Below, piece by piece: positions 52,559-62,154 of a DNA stretch of 64,000 bases. The notes under the pieces were generated by a model. The model was not told the DNA's origin and did no database searches. It was given only the letters and a program-made list of their open reading frames with translations. A program made the translations under genes and the position numbers. Source of the stretch: a virus (taxonomy: Duplodnaviria > Caudoviricetes); IMG/VR virus record IMGVR_UViG_3300033072_001172, positions 32,001 through 96,000 of that record; one strand, written 5' to 3'. Position 1 is the first letter of the stretch; every line of letters starts with the position of its first letter.

Positions 52559-53925
52559 TACAATCCTTCAGTGAGTGCGTTCTGCTGTCTCGGTGCTGCC
52601 GCCGTGTCGGCGCCAACACTCTGCATGCGCATGCTGCGGAACTCGGCCTTGTCAAGGTCGATGGTCCAGGCGTACTGCTTGTTACCGATACCGCTTCGTA
52701 CTTTGATCGTGTTGACCTGGACTTTGCGCTCGTCGATCCGCTTCATGTTGATCATGTTGGACGACCACGTGTTGAACGCGTCGCCGTACGCCACACCCTC
52801 CATGCCGGACCCGCCGTAACGGTTCTGGTGGGTGGTGTAGACAACAGCGGCGCGCCGGCGAATCGCCATGTACTTGAGGTCAAACATCAGATTGGCAATC
52901 TTGATGTGTTCGTCGCCGCGGGATTCCATCGTGTGTACGTTGTCCAGACACACCAGCTCGATGTTGTTGTCCGCGCAGTAGATCTCCAGATCCTCTACTG
53001 TGCTCATTGCCGTTGGACCGGCAATGAACAGATGCTTGTCGAGCATTGTCGCAACGGTTGACCCGAGGAACTTCTTCAATCTGGCGAACTCGTCATCAGC
53101 GAGCTTGCCTTTGGTGAACCGGGTGAAGTTCAACTGGGCCAGCATGGCCACGGCGCGTTCTTTCAGTTCCGCCGGTTCCATTTCCGACGACCAGATGAAC
53201 GTGTTCTTTTGCCCCGCAGCGACCATGCAGGCCATGAGCACCAGCGCCCATGTCTTCTTGACGCCAGGGCGGGCGAACAAACCGGTGAGGTGCCCGTATC
53301 CCAAGGGCCCCATATCCTCCATCACGTCCTGGAACATGCCGCCCGGAATACGCACACCGTACACCACACCGCGCCGGACGTCGTCGTATCGTTTGAGAAC
53401 ATCCTTCCCGTCACCAAACGTCTGAACACGATCCGCCACCGAGGTGAACCACAACGCATGCTGCTTCAGCAACATGCGTGCGCCCTCGTAGATCTTTTCG
53501 AGGTTCTCTTCCCGGTTGATGTTGCCGCCGGTTTCGGCGGTCAACTCCTGGTCGATCTGCAGACGGAACGTTGCGATGTGTCGTTGCTTGGCCGCCAGCA
53601 TCACGTCCAGCAGTATCTCCTTGGCGCTGACACGGTAGCGTTCAGGGAGTTCCAGCCCTGGATGGCGCTTCTGGAACCGGTCCAGGCTCATCGGTTCGCT
53701 ATGCTGGGCGAAGTGCGACAGAATGTCCTGGTAGGCCTCCTGGTAGCGGGCATCGCCAATGAGTTCTGGATGCAGACCGGACGCGTGAACGGTTTTCAGG
53801 ATGTCCACACTGTCCAGCATTGCCAAAACGAGCTCGGCGGCCGTGTCGGTGGTGGCTCCGGCGAGCTGATCCACCGGAAGACCGTCAGCTCCGGTCTCGA
53901 AAAAGTCGTCTCCGGTGTCTGTCAT
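52558..53925 (-). CDS. dnaB: Replicative DnaB-like helicase
   Basis: ARPGVKKT, SSEM, CLDN, HQNR, KVRSG; GGAG RBS. Confidence 0.9.
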   Translation of the reverse strand: MTDTGDDFFETGADGLPVDQLAGATTDTAAELVLAMLDSVDILKTVHASGLHPELIGDARYQEAYQDILSHFAQHSEPMSLDRFQKRHPGLELPERYRVSAKEILLDVMLAAKQRHIATFRLQIDQELTAETGGNINREENLEKIYEGARMLLKQHALWFTSVADRVQTFGDGKDVLKRYDDVRRGVVYGVRIPGGMFQDVMEDMGPLGYGHLTGLFARPGVKKTWALVLMACMVAAGQKNTFIWSSEMEPAELKERAVAMLAQLNFTRFTKGKLADDEFARLKKFLGSTVATMLDKHLFIAGPTAMSTVEDLEIYCADNNIELVCLDNVHTMESRGDEHIKIANLMFDLKYMAIRRRAAVVYTTHQNRYGGSGMEGVAYGDAFNTWSSNMINMKRIDERKVQVNTIKVRSGIGNKQYAWTIDLDKAEFRSMRMQSVGADTAAAPRQQNALTEGL

Positions 53926-54539
53926 GCTTTCTCCGTTAACGCAACACGGTACACGAGTCTGGCGTCACCGGCCCGTTCGTGAAGCAACGGGTACGGATTG
54001 GCCAGGTTGGCGACGCTGTTGTCTTTGGTCGCCAGTACCGCCGGCGGATTCCAGCCCGACACAATGTTCCGCAGGCCGGCGGCAAATCGTCGTTGAAGCA
54101 CCGTGTCCAGTTCGTGTGCGGCGTCCAACCCGATGTACGACAGGTTCGCCCAGACGATCACGTGACAGCTTTCGAAGCAGTGGTCAAGGCTGTCGAACAG
54201 ATCCGGGTGTGGTGACGTGTTCTTGTGCTTATGCCGGTTGAACAACGTCGCGTCATAGTACAGACAGTAGACACCGGGTTGTTCCGTCAGGAACTCACCG
54301 GCGATCAGTGTCGCGTACGCCGCTGCCATGAACGCTGATTTCGCGATGACATGTACGTCAAGCCCGGCCAACAAGGCGTCGACCGGGCTCTCCGGCAGCG
54401 TATCACGTGGCGAAGGTGTCGAAGAAGTCTTCGCCGTCGTTGGCTTCTTCCGCTTCATCGACACTGTCGTCGTCATCAGCTGCTCTGCTTGCTGCAGCAA
54501 CCGCGACGGGATCAATAAGATGTCGGTTAGCGATTCCAT
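53922..54539 (-). CDS. Hypothetical protein, possible degenerate helicase loader
   Basis: Coupled to dnaB; ELDTVLQRRFAAGLRNIVS resembles the DnaC/IstB C-part; no Walker A; start probably internal. Confidence 0.45.
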   Translation of the reverse strand: MESLTDILLIPSRLLQQAEQLMTTTVSMKRKKPTTAKTSSTPSPRDTLPESPVDALLAGLDVHVIAKSAFMAAAYATLIAGEFLTEQPGVYCLYYDATLFNRHKHKNTSPHPDLFDSLDHCFESCHVIVWANLSYIGLDAAHELDTVLQRRFAAGLRNIVSGWNPPAVLATKDNSVANLANPYPLLHERAGDARLVYRVALTEKA

Positions 54540-56766
54540 GGTCCAATCCCGGTCGAGTCAGTAGGTTGAGCGCGGTCAGTCGTTCGGTTTCTTCCAGTCG
54601 TGTGGCGTCGAGAAAGGCTTGCTTGTCCCCGATGATGATGACCTTCTTCCGCGCTCGCGTGATCGCCGTGTACACCATGTTGCGGTTCATAAACTGGCCG
54701 AACGATGGTGAACACAGGAAGACCACTGTGTCGGTCTCACAGCCCTGGTACTTGTGCACGGTGATCGCCCAGGCGAAGTCGAGCCCTTTAGCCTGGCGGG
54801 GCACCAGGTATTTGTCGTCCTCTCCCGGCTGACGAAGTTCCTTGACGATCTCCATGGTACCGGTTTTCTCGTCAACCCCCGTCACCATGAACATGTCGCC
54901 GTTCACCATGTTGGCCGACGGGAACGTCGCCAAGCACAGACCCTTGTCGCCGACCACAAAACGGTAGTCGGTCGTCCGCAGATGCTGCTCGCGGAACTTC
55001 TTGTTGATCTCGTAAGTGCTCAACGCGTGGCCCGTGCGTCTCGGTGTGATGATCTGAAAACCGTACGGGCCCGTCTGAGCCGACAACGGCGCCGCGACAC
55101 GCAACAGGGCGGTCATGATCTCATCGTCGTTCGCGCACTCGATGAACTGCCAGTCGGCCGCTGCTTCGTGCCGCACGTGACTGAGTCGTCCGGCACGGAT
55201 GGCCGCGTGGTTCAGCTGCATCTGGCCGGGGTTCGACCGCAGAATCTTTGTCAGGTGCGATGTCGGAACACGATCCAGCAGATCGCGAAGCGGGTAACCC
55301 TCGCGAATCGGCGGGAGCTGCTGGTGGTCACCGATCATGATCAGACGACAACCGGAACCCAGCGCCGACACGATCGCCGCAAACAACCGGGTGTCGATCA
55401 TGGAACTTTCGTCGAGCACCAGTGTTGTGTTCCGGAACGGGTTGGCCGCGTTCTTGTCAAACACGAAGCCGTTGCCGAACTCGTCACCTTCGTAGCTGTG
55501 GTCTGGAAACGCACCAAGCAGCCGGTGAACGCTGCTGGTTGACAAGCCGGTCTGCTGGTGCAGTCGTCGCGCCGCCTTATTCGTTGGCGCGGCCAGCAGG
55601 ATGTCGGTTTTGACGGCGTGGTTCAACACGTTGATCAGCGCACGGACTGATGATGTTTTGCCGACACCAGGGCCACCAGTGATGATGGAGACCGGCGCAC
55701 AGACGCTGCGGGTTACCGTATCGATCTGTTCCTGGGTCAATGTGATGCCGGTGACGAGTCCGTGGTGCATTTCTTCGGCGGTCAACTTCGGCATTTCAAC
55801 CACCGGTGACCGCATGAGACTGGACAGTCCGCGCAGAATGGCGTGCTCCGCCTTCAACAGTTTGGCTTCGGCGAGGTAGTCGCCGCCGGCGAGCTCGACC
55901 CGCAGGATGTTGTTGGGAAGCTCCGCGGGCTCAGCTTCGTCGTCCGCGAACAGATCGGTCTCCAGCTCGATCCCGTATTCAGCGTTGGCCTGGTGCACCG
56001 CCGCGTGGTACGGCATGATCGTGTCAGGCTTCTCGGTCAGCAGATCATCCAGCGCGTACCGCATCCGTACCTGATCGTGTTTGTCGATGAACCCGCGTTT
56101 CACCAGAATGGTGTCCGCTTCACGGAAGCTGTACTGGTGGCGCATAACGCTGTACGGATCCGTCGAGAAGACCGTCAGGCATCTGTCGAGCGCCGTTTCG
56201 ATCTTGGCACGGAAACCACGGACCGTGGTGCTCTTCATCTTCTTTCCGGTTTCCGGATCGACGCGCGACTCGTACTGCGCGTAGTTGCTCTTGAGCCAGG
56301 AGACGAACGCTGACAGGCCGCGCGGGCCGAGCTTCGGCGTCACCGCCAGCAACTTTGGCAGTTCTGGAGCGAGCCAGTTTGCCAGCACATCGCTGACGCG
56401 CAGGTGATTCATCAGGTACCGCATGAACTCTTTCGGGTCCTGCGGATCGTCGTTCGCGTAAATATCAGCCAGCCGCGCCGCGTGCACCTTGCCGATTCCC
56501 TGGAACGAGATGATGGCATGCTCAACGCCAGGGTGGCCGAGCTGCTCCACCAGTTCGATGTCGACGACCTCAAACTGGTTACCGTACCGTTCGTGGTGCT
56601 TGTCATCACCGTGAGCAACAATGTTGTCGCCTTCGGTCAGATCGCCAACACCGCGCCCGACAATGGTTATTCTGTTCTTGCTGTTGGCAACGCGAATGCT
56701 CGCGATGCCCCAGCCACCGTGTTTGCGCACAGACACACGTGCCACGGTGCCGGAAAGGCTGCGCAT
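54403..56766 (-). CDS. RecD2-like SF1B helicase
   Basis: N-terminal OB and HhH (YGNQF, GIGK), GGPGVGKT, APTNKAA, DESSM, GDHQQLPP, AITVHKYQGCE, YTAITRA. Confidence 0.93.
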   Translation of the reverse strand: MRSLSGTVARVSVRKHGGWGIASIRVANSKNRITIVGRGVGDLTEGDNIVAHGDDKHHERYGNQFEVVDIELVEQLGHPGVEHAIISFQGIGKVHAARLADIYANDDPQDPKEFMRYLMNHLRVSDVLANWLAPELPKLLAVTPKLGPRGLSAFVSWLKSNYAQYESRVDPETGKKMKSTTVRGFRAKIETALDRCLTVFSTDPYSVMRHQYSFREADTILVKRGFIDKHDQVRMRYALDDLLTEKPDTIMPYHAAVHQANAEYGIELETDLFADDEAEPAELPNNILRVELAGGDYLAEAKLLKAEHAILRGLSSLMRSPVVEMPKLTAEEMHHGLVTGITLTQEQIDTVTRSVCAPVSIITGGPGVGKTSSVRALINVLNHAVKTDILLAAPTNKAARRLHQQTGLSTSSVHRLLGAFPDHSYEGDEFGNGFVFDKNAANPFRNTTLVLDESSMIDTRLFAAIVSALGSGCRLIMIGDHQQLPPIREGYPLRDLLDRVPTSHLTKILRSNPGQMQLNHAAIRAGRLSHVRHEAAADWQFIECANDDEIMTALLRVAAPLSAQTGPYGFQIITPRRTGHALSTYEINKKFREQHLRTTDYRFVVGDKGLCLATFPSANMVNGDMFMVTGVDEKTGTMEIVKELRQPGEDDKYLVPRQAKGLDFAWAITVHKYQGCETDTVVFLCSPSFGQFMNRNMVYTAITRARKKVIIIGDKQAFLDATRLEETERLTALNLLTRPGLDHGIANRHLIDPVAVAAASRAADDDDSVDEAEEANDGEDFFDTFAT

Positions 56767-56772
56767 GGTACC

Positions 56773-57459
56773 TCACGTCAGAATCGGCAGGTCATCGTCG
56801 GCCGGCCGTGGTTTAGAAAGACCCAGGCGGCGCCTGAGCTTCGGATTCAGGATGCGATCTGTTTCCGAATCGAGTATCTGCAGGACCTGACCGGAGGCCA
56901 ACGTCAGCAACCAGCCGGTCGTTGTTTTTGCTATAGGAAGTTCTTGTACATCCGTGTTCTCGTTCAGCAAGTACTGAGGGGAGTCGCTCGTGTAGATCAG
57001 GTGAGCGAACTCTTCCAGCACCTGGTCGGTCATCATCGACAACACCCACGGACCGAACGGGATCTTCATTTTCCACTTGAGCTGCAGCGCCGGCGCCGCT
57101 ACCGCCAGCGAACTCAACACAAGACAGATCGAACGTGGCGCCGCGTTCTGCGTGCTGATCACGTCCAGAAAGCGCCTCATCTGTGCCAGGTACTTCTTTG
57201 CCGCTCCACCTGGACGGAACGACGGGCGTTCCATGCGCAGGCAGGCTAAAAAATAGTCCAGGTACTCCTTCGTTGTCCAGGCGTTCAACGCTTCGGTGGT
57301 GTAGTCGCCGGTGTCACCGGTGGCTTTCTTGAGCTGAGCCACCGGTGTGCGGAACACGACATCAGCCCGCGGCTGCCTGGCTATGCGGGCCTTCTTGCGT
57401 TCGTGTCCATCCTTGATGGACTGCCGTACGATCTCAAGCATTCGTTTTTTGGCGGTCAT
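56773..57459 (-). CDS. Hypothetical protein
   Basis: Likely start ATG 57459; lies within the operon. Confidence 0.6.
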   Translation of the reverse strand: MTAKKRMLEIVRQSIKDGHERKKARIARQPRADVVFRTPVAQLKKATGDTGDYTTEALNAWTTKEYLDYFLACLRMERPSFRPGGAAKKYLAQMRRFLDVISTQNAAPRSICLVLSSLAVAAPALQLKWKMKIPFGPWVLSMMTDQVLEEFAHLIYTSDSPQYLLNENTDVQELPIAKTTTGWLLTLASGQVLQILDSETDRILNPKLRRRLGLSKPRPADDDLPILT

Positions 57460-58132
57460 AGTGGTCGATGTCCACGCCCAGGAGGTCCGCCTGAATGGTG
57501 CGCAGCTGGCGGTGCAGTTTGCGAACGGCACGTTTCGGTGCCAGGTCCGCCCCGTTGATGTACGCAAGATACTGTCCGGCGCTTTTCTTGAACAGCACGG
57601 CCAGTCTTGTCTTGATGTGATCGCGCAGCAGGAGCTCAAAGGCCATGTGCATTGTCTGGATACAGGTCGCGTTCCACATCGCATTGTGCAGGATGAGGAT
57701 GGTCAACTCGGATTCCTGCGCCGTGCACGCCTTGTCGAGCAGCGCGTAATTGACGTTGCCGTCGAGGTCCGGCGTTTTCAGTAGCTCCAGCAGGTGCTCG
57801 ACGATGTGCTCCGCGAGTACCGCCAGCTGTTCCGTCGTGTGGGTGATCTTCTGGTTGGGTGAGTACACACGACCATTGACCAGCAGGGCACCCGTCTCTT
57901 CGTCGTATTGGTAATGATCGTCGTGTTTGGTTGCCTGGTCGCTCAGCACGCGAATCGGCGACGCATCCGGTCGGATGTCGTTAACGAACTCGTTTGAGAC
58001 GCCGAGAACCTTTTCGGAGCGCACGCCTTTTTCCAACTTCTCAACCAGGGCTATCGCCTTCTGGGTCTCGATGGCGTGGAGTGCGAACGTCATGCCGTCC
58101 CGCCCGCGCTTTGTGACACTGCCGTAGATCAT
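57434..58132 (-). CDS. Hypothetical protein
   Basis: ATGA coupling at 58129-58132; GAGGA RBS. Confidence 0.7.
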   Translation of the reverse strand: MIYGSVTKRGRDGMTFALHAIETQKAIALVEKLEKGVRSEKVLGVSNEFVNDIRPDASPIRVLSDQATKHDDHYQYDEETGALLVNGRVYSPNQKITHTTEQLAVLAEHIVEHLLELLKTPDLDGNVNYALLDKACTAQESELTILILHNAMWNATCIQTMHMAFELLLRDHIKTRLAVLFKKSAGQYLAYINGADLAPKRAVRKLHRQLRTIQADLLGVDIDHYDRQKTNA

Positions 58133-58764
58133 GCGTCCTCGTCCTTGTCGGTGTCGATGTAAATAGCCTTGATGCCAATGAACTGGCAGCTGTCCGCGGC
58201 GAACAGTTCCTTGCACGCGGTTTCCTTCACATAGCTGCCGGCGTTTTCCGCCTTGACGTCTACCAGCACGTCAAACGTTGCTGTCACGCGCACACGGGTC
58301 TGCCCGGCACGTATTTCGGACTTGAGCTGTTTGGCCTTCTCCGCCAGCACCACGACCCGAGGAATGAACCAGATACCCGCGGCGGCGACCAACGTGGACA
58401 CTGCCGGTGTTTGTTGATCTTGGTGCTCGTATTCGTAGCGGAAAGCCTGACGCCGCAAGTCCATGAATTTGGCGTACAACAGCCGAACGTCCGGCATCGC
58501 CGGAACCTGTCCCTCGACCCACGACGCGGTCTCGATCAGAAAACTGATAACGAGGTTCGTCATCAGCTCCATCGCCGGGCCTTCATGCCCAGGCCCGGTC
58601 TTGGCCACGTCATACAGATTCACTGCTCGGCGGTACATCTCGTGGAACAACTCACCGAACGTCAACTTCTGCATGTACTTTTCAACGGGAAACTTGACGG
58701 GGTCAATGTCCGGTGGCTGCGGGTACGTGCTCCGCAACACTGGCCGAAAATTACGTTGGGCCAT
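58129..58764 (-). CDS. Hypothetical protein
   Basis: GGAG RBS; 211 aa. Confidence 0.7.
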   Translation of the reverse strand: MAQRNFRPVLRSTYPQPPDIDPVKFPVEKYMQKLTFGELFHEMYRRAVNLYDVAKTGPGHEGPAMELMTNLVISFLIETASWVEGQVPAMPDVRLLYAKFMDLRRQAFRYEYEHQDQQTPAVSTLVAAAGIWFIPRVVVLAEKAKQLKSEIRAGQTRVRVTATFDVLVDVKAENAGSYVKETACKELFAADSCQFIGIKAIYIDTDKDEDA

Positions 58765-58770
58765 TCGTGA

Positions 58771-59172
58771 CTACTCCTCGTCTTCTCCGGGGATCATGTC
58801 GTGTCCACCGATGAGCGCCAGCCGCTCATTCAGCGCCTCTTGTTCTTCGCGTGACCATTCTCGTTCATCAACGACCGGGATACTGCCCGTTGCACAGGGC
58901 GGAAGGACGTACACATCTCCGGTTATGTTCACGTAGGCATGACTGCCTGGATACAACTCCACCAGGTACGCGCCGCCGGCGTCGTTGTCGGCGTGCAGCC
59001 CGGTATACAGTCGTCCGCCGATCCTGGCAGCCAGTGCCATGGCTTCCTTCAAGTCACGGTCACGGAATTTGTACGCGCGGACCACCAGCATTACTTGTTC
59101 AGGCACGGCGCTCCTTGGTAAAAAAAGCAACACCGCGGCCAACGTGTAGTCGGCCGCGGTGTTCCACCCCAC
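58771..59172 (-). CDS. Hypothetical protein
   Basis: 133 aa; tightly packed in the operon. Confidence 0.6.
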   Translation of the reverse strand: MGWNTAADYTLAAVLLFLPRSAVPEQVMLVVRAYKFRDRDLKEAMALAARIGGRLYTGLHADNDAGGAYLVELYPGSHAYVNITGDVYVLPPCATGSIPVVDEREWSREEQEALNERLALIGGHDMIPGEDEE

Positions 59173-59173
59173 G

Positions 59174-59425
59174 CTACTTCTTCTTCTTTTTCTTCTTGAG
59201 GCTGTCCCAAAACTTCGGGTCCACGTACACCGACAGGATTTTCATACCTGTCAGCTCCGGGGCGGCCTTGGCAAGTTCCGTGGCCTGACTGACGCTCATC
59301 GCGGTCAGTTTCGCCAGGCGAACTTTTGACTGCCGATTGCCTCTTCCTGCTTTGCGAAACTCCACCAGGTACGTGCGTTCGCCACGCATGGCGTCCTCAT
59401 AGGTCGGCCCACCCAGTTGAGCCAA
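59174..59425 (-). CDS. Small basic hypothetical protein with poly-Lys end
   Basis: 83 aa ending in KKKKKKK. Confidence 0.6.
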   Translation of the reverse strand: MAQLGGPTYEDAMRGERTYLVEFRKAGRGNRQSKVRLAKLTAMSVSQATELAKAAPELTGMKILSVYVDPKFWDSLKKKKKKK

Positions 59426-59461
59426 CTTACTTTTACCTGATGAAGTTCCTACGTCAACCTT

Positions 59462-59947
59462 CTAGTCGCGGTTGACGCGCAGCTCGTTGTTCTCCGCCAG
59501 TTCGCACTGACGGGTGACGATGAACTTGCCGGCTGGGACTTCATAGTCGCCGTGCACCGGGTGGGTGAACAGCACCGGGGCCTCGGCGATGCCGACCGCG
59601 ACAATGAAGTCGCGGCGGAAGTGGTTCTTCTGCACCTCGAACAGCTTCCACGCGCCGGCCTTGGCGACGTGACGGCTGCCGACGCTGGCACCCGCCACCA
59701 GCTGGTGGTCGGTGTCGCCGATCTTGACGACGGCGTCAAGGTCGGCGATCTCGTCGAACGTGATCCTGGCCGGCGGGCGGCCGAACGTGTCGACCACGTA
59801 GCTGAAGTCCCCGGCCGCGATGATCAGGTCACCCTGGCGGCCGGCCTTACCTTGGCGCAGCTTGCGAACTTCGTTGTTGGTTTTCGCCGTCGTCGTCGTC
59901 GTTTCGTGCGCGGCGCGCAGCTGGTCGGTGAGCGTGCTGTCTTGCAT
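59462..59947 (-). CDS. RQGD-motif His-containing beta protein
   Basis: GGAGAGGAG RBS; RQGDL, GSRH, HPVH, PAGKFIVTRQCE, RVNRD. Confidence 0.75.
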   Translation of the reverse strand: MQDSTLTDQLRAAHETTTTTAKTNNEVRKLRQGKAGRQGDLIIAAGDFSYVVDTFGRPPARITFDEIADLDAVVKIGDTDHQLVAGASVGSRHVAKAGAWKLFEVQKNHFRRDFIVAVGIAEAPVLFTHPVHGDYEVPAGKFIVTRQCELAENNELRVNRD

Positions 59948-59999
59948 AAAGCTCCTCTCCTGTGTGTGGTTACAGTACAGTACAGTACCGGCTGGCCAG

Positions 60000-60728
60000 T
60001 TAACTTTCAAACTGAAGGAACGAGTCTGGTACCCCGTTTACCCATTCGGCCGCTTCGTCGGCCGTTTTCGTTTCCACGGGCACCGGGATGCAGAATGTCC
60101 GTGAGCTGCTGCCGTCGGTGCAGACAAAGAATCGCTCTTTGCTGTTACCGACCAGGGCGCGCATCGCCCTGACGTTGATCTTGCCAGGGCTGACGTCGAA
60201 AGTCGTCCATTTTGCGGCGGACGCGATCTTATCGAAGCCCACGATGCGCACACCTATTGCTCTGGCCTCGGAGTTCTCCGCGGCCAGGATGGCGTCGACA
60301 TCGCCGTTGGCAATCTCTCGTGAGATTACCACGCCCCAGCCATACCAACGGTTGATACCGAAAAATGGCGCCACCAATGCGGGGGCCGCCAAGGAATGCA
60401 AGGCACCGTCCTTGTCGAGCAGCGCCAGGATGGGGCATATCTCGTTTTTTGCGAGCAGATCGCCGTATTCCAACGGGTCTGTCGCGATCTTCGCCGCGAA
60501 TCCCTTTCGATGCACGTGGAAAGACCACGTGGCTTTCGTGCCCGGTTCCAGGAAGAAGCTCAGTTCCTCCGCCAGTTCGCAGCGAAGGGCTTCCTGCATA
60601 ACTTCCCGTACGACCTGGGTCAGGGAAGGGCTGGTGACCGCCAGCTCCGGCGGCGGAGGCACGATCGACAAAGCCACTGGCGGCCGGTCCGCCAGCGTAA
60701 GCAGTTTTCTCGGCTTCTTTGTTTTCAT
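60000..60728 (-). CDS. DUF6745-like protein
   Basis: ILAAENSEARA..G..I and VCTDGSSSRTFCIPVP..TADEAAEW; family recognised by eye. Confidence 0.6.
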   Translation of the reverse strand: MKTKKPRKLLTLADRPPVALSIVPPPPELAVTSPSLTQVVREVMQEALRCELAEELSFFLEPGTKATWSFHVHRKGFAAKIATDPLEYGDLLAKNEICPILALLDKDGALHSLAAPALVAPFFGINRWYGWGVVISREIANGDVDAILAAENSEARAIGVRIVGFDKIASAAKWTTFDVSPGKINVRAMRALVGNSKERFFVCTDGSSSRTFCIPVPVETKTADEAAEWVNGVPDSFLQFES

Positions 60729-60730
60729 GT

Positions 60731-61108
60731 TTACTTCCAGCGCGACGCCAGCGTTGCCGACGCCTTGGCCGCAACCGGAATGATTTCGCAGACATTCGCC
60801 AGGAACGACCGCACCGGCGTCGAGATCTTCGAGTTGACCGCGACACCGTCAGCCGCGATCTCGTGGCTGGAGTACGCGCCGGACCACGACCACAGGCAGC
60901 GGCACTTGTCCAGCATCACGTTGACACCAGCCGCCGAGCTTTCGTAGGCGATCAGGATGCCCACGTGGGCGCCGCCCTGGTTGTTGCTGCGGACGAGGAC
61001 TTCCTTGCCCTTGAGCGTGTCCATGTAGTCGGAAAAGTCACCGTCTTTGATGATGACCTTGAGGTGCTCTTCCTCGGCAGCCGTCACTTCCTTCTTTGTT
61101 TTGCTCAC
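60731..61108 (-). CDS. DUF6948-like small beta protein
   Basis: VLVRS..GAHVGIL..RCLWSWSGA.S..EIA.DG..CEIIP; family recognised by eye. Confidence 0.6.
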   Translation of the reverse strand: MSKTKKEVTAAEEEHLKVIIKDGDFSDYMDTLKGKEVLVRSNNQGGAHVGILIAYESSAAGVNVMLDKCRCLWSWSGAYSSHEIAADGVAVNSKISTPVRSFLANVCEIIPVAAKASATLASRWK

Positions 61109-61181
61109 AACAGTTCCTTTCTTTGGTGTGTCTGGTCACCGGATCCACCATGAATCCGGAGATAACACACGTTCCTTTTTC

Positions 61182-61925
61182 TTATGCCTTGATTGCACCT
61201 ATCTTTTTGTGGTGCATTGTGCACTCGGTGAAGAACAACAGGTCATCACCGTCCATGCGGGATCGGGCCGAATATCGGGCGTTGATTTTCTGGCTGACCT
61301 TCCTTGTCAACTCCTCTTCCGACACGTCTCCTGGTGCATGCAGCCACAGGTCCACGGTCAGCTTTCGGGCAACGAGAGGAGCAAGTGATTGAATGACTGC
61401 CGGCGTCAAACCAACATACGGAAGACATCCGTGGAGCACTTTGGCGCTGTACATGCCTGGCCCGCACCACGTGCCGCGCACGACGTACTCACGCGTGGTC
61501 AGCACGTATGCGTGCACGACTCGTTCGGCCTCGCCGCGTCGACGGGCACGCCGGATATGTGACCAGCGGTAGAGGATTCCGCCCTTGGTATGACACAACG
61601 CGGTCACCGCGTCTACGACCTGCCGCGGCATGTGCCGATCGACAGTGTCGCAGTCGAAGCGCAACAGTTCGCCGGGAGATCGTAAACGCGGGTCGCCGTC
61701 AATGTGCACATCGTTGAACGCTCGCAGGTACGAGCTCGTCTGGGTGGGAGAAAAAACGTTACCGGTGCTGATCGTGACGGTCTGGCGGTCGAACGTCTTG
61801 TTGCCGGTGTTGATCAGCATTTTCATGCCGTCGTCGCTCCAGGTTTTCGGCGCCAGAAGCTCGTGAACACGGGAGGCGGTCCACCCGGACGGCAGATCAA
61901 TTTGCGGGTACAGTTTCTGGCGCAT
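61182..61925 (-). CDS. Hypothetical protein
   Basis: ATG 61925 after GGAG. Confidence 0.6.
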   Translation of the reverse strand: MRQKLYPQIDLPSGWTASRVHELLAPKTWSDDGMKMLINTGNKTFDRQTVTISTGNVFSPTQTSSYLRAFNDVHIDGDPRLRSPGELLRFDCDTVDRHMPRQVVDAVTALCHTKGGILYRWSHIRRARRRGEAERVVHAYVLTTREYVVRGTWCGPGMYSAKVLHGCLPYVGLTPAVIQSLAPLVARKLTVDLWLHAPGDVSEEELTRKVSQKINARYSARSRMDGDDLLFFTECTMHHKKIGAIKA

Positions 61926-62154
61926 TGGCCTGCTCCAGGCACTCCTGGTAGATCTGACCGAAGTTCTCATCGGTCGCGTTCACCCGCATGATGTTGGCGA
62001 GCTGGTGGGCGATCAGCCGCGCCGCCGCGTCATCCTTCATCGAGCCCTTCTCTTCCAGAATCTCCTTGAACGCTGAAACGAGCGCGTTGGCTACACCGAA
62101 CGGATTAGACGCACCGTCCAGAATACTCAACGCAGTTGTGTGGCGGTCGGCCAA
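61897..62154 (-). CDS. Small hypothetical protein
   Basis: TTG 62154 after AAAGGAG; helical. Confidence 0.55.
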   Translation of the reverse strand: MADRHTTALSILDGASNPFGVANALVSAFKEILEEKGSMKDDAAARLIAHQLANIMRVNATDENFGQIYQECLEQANAPETVPAN

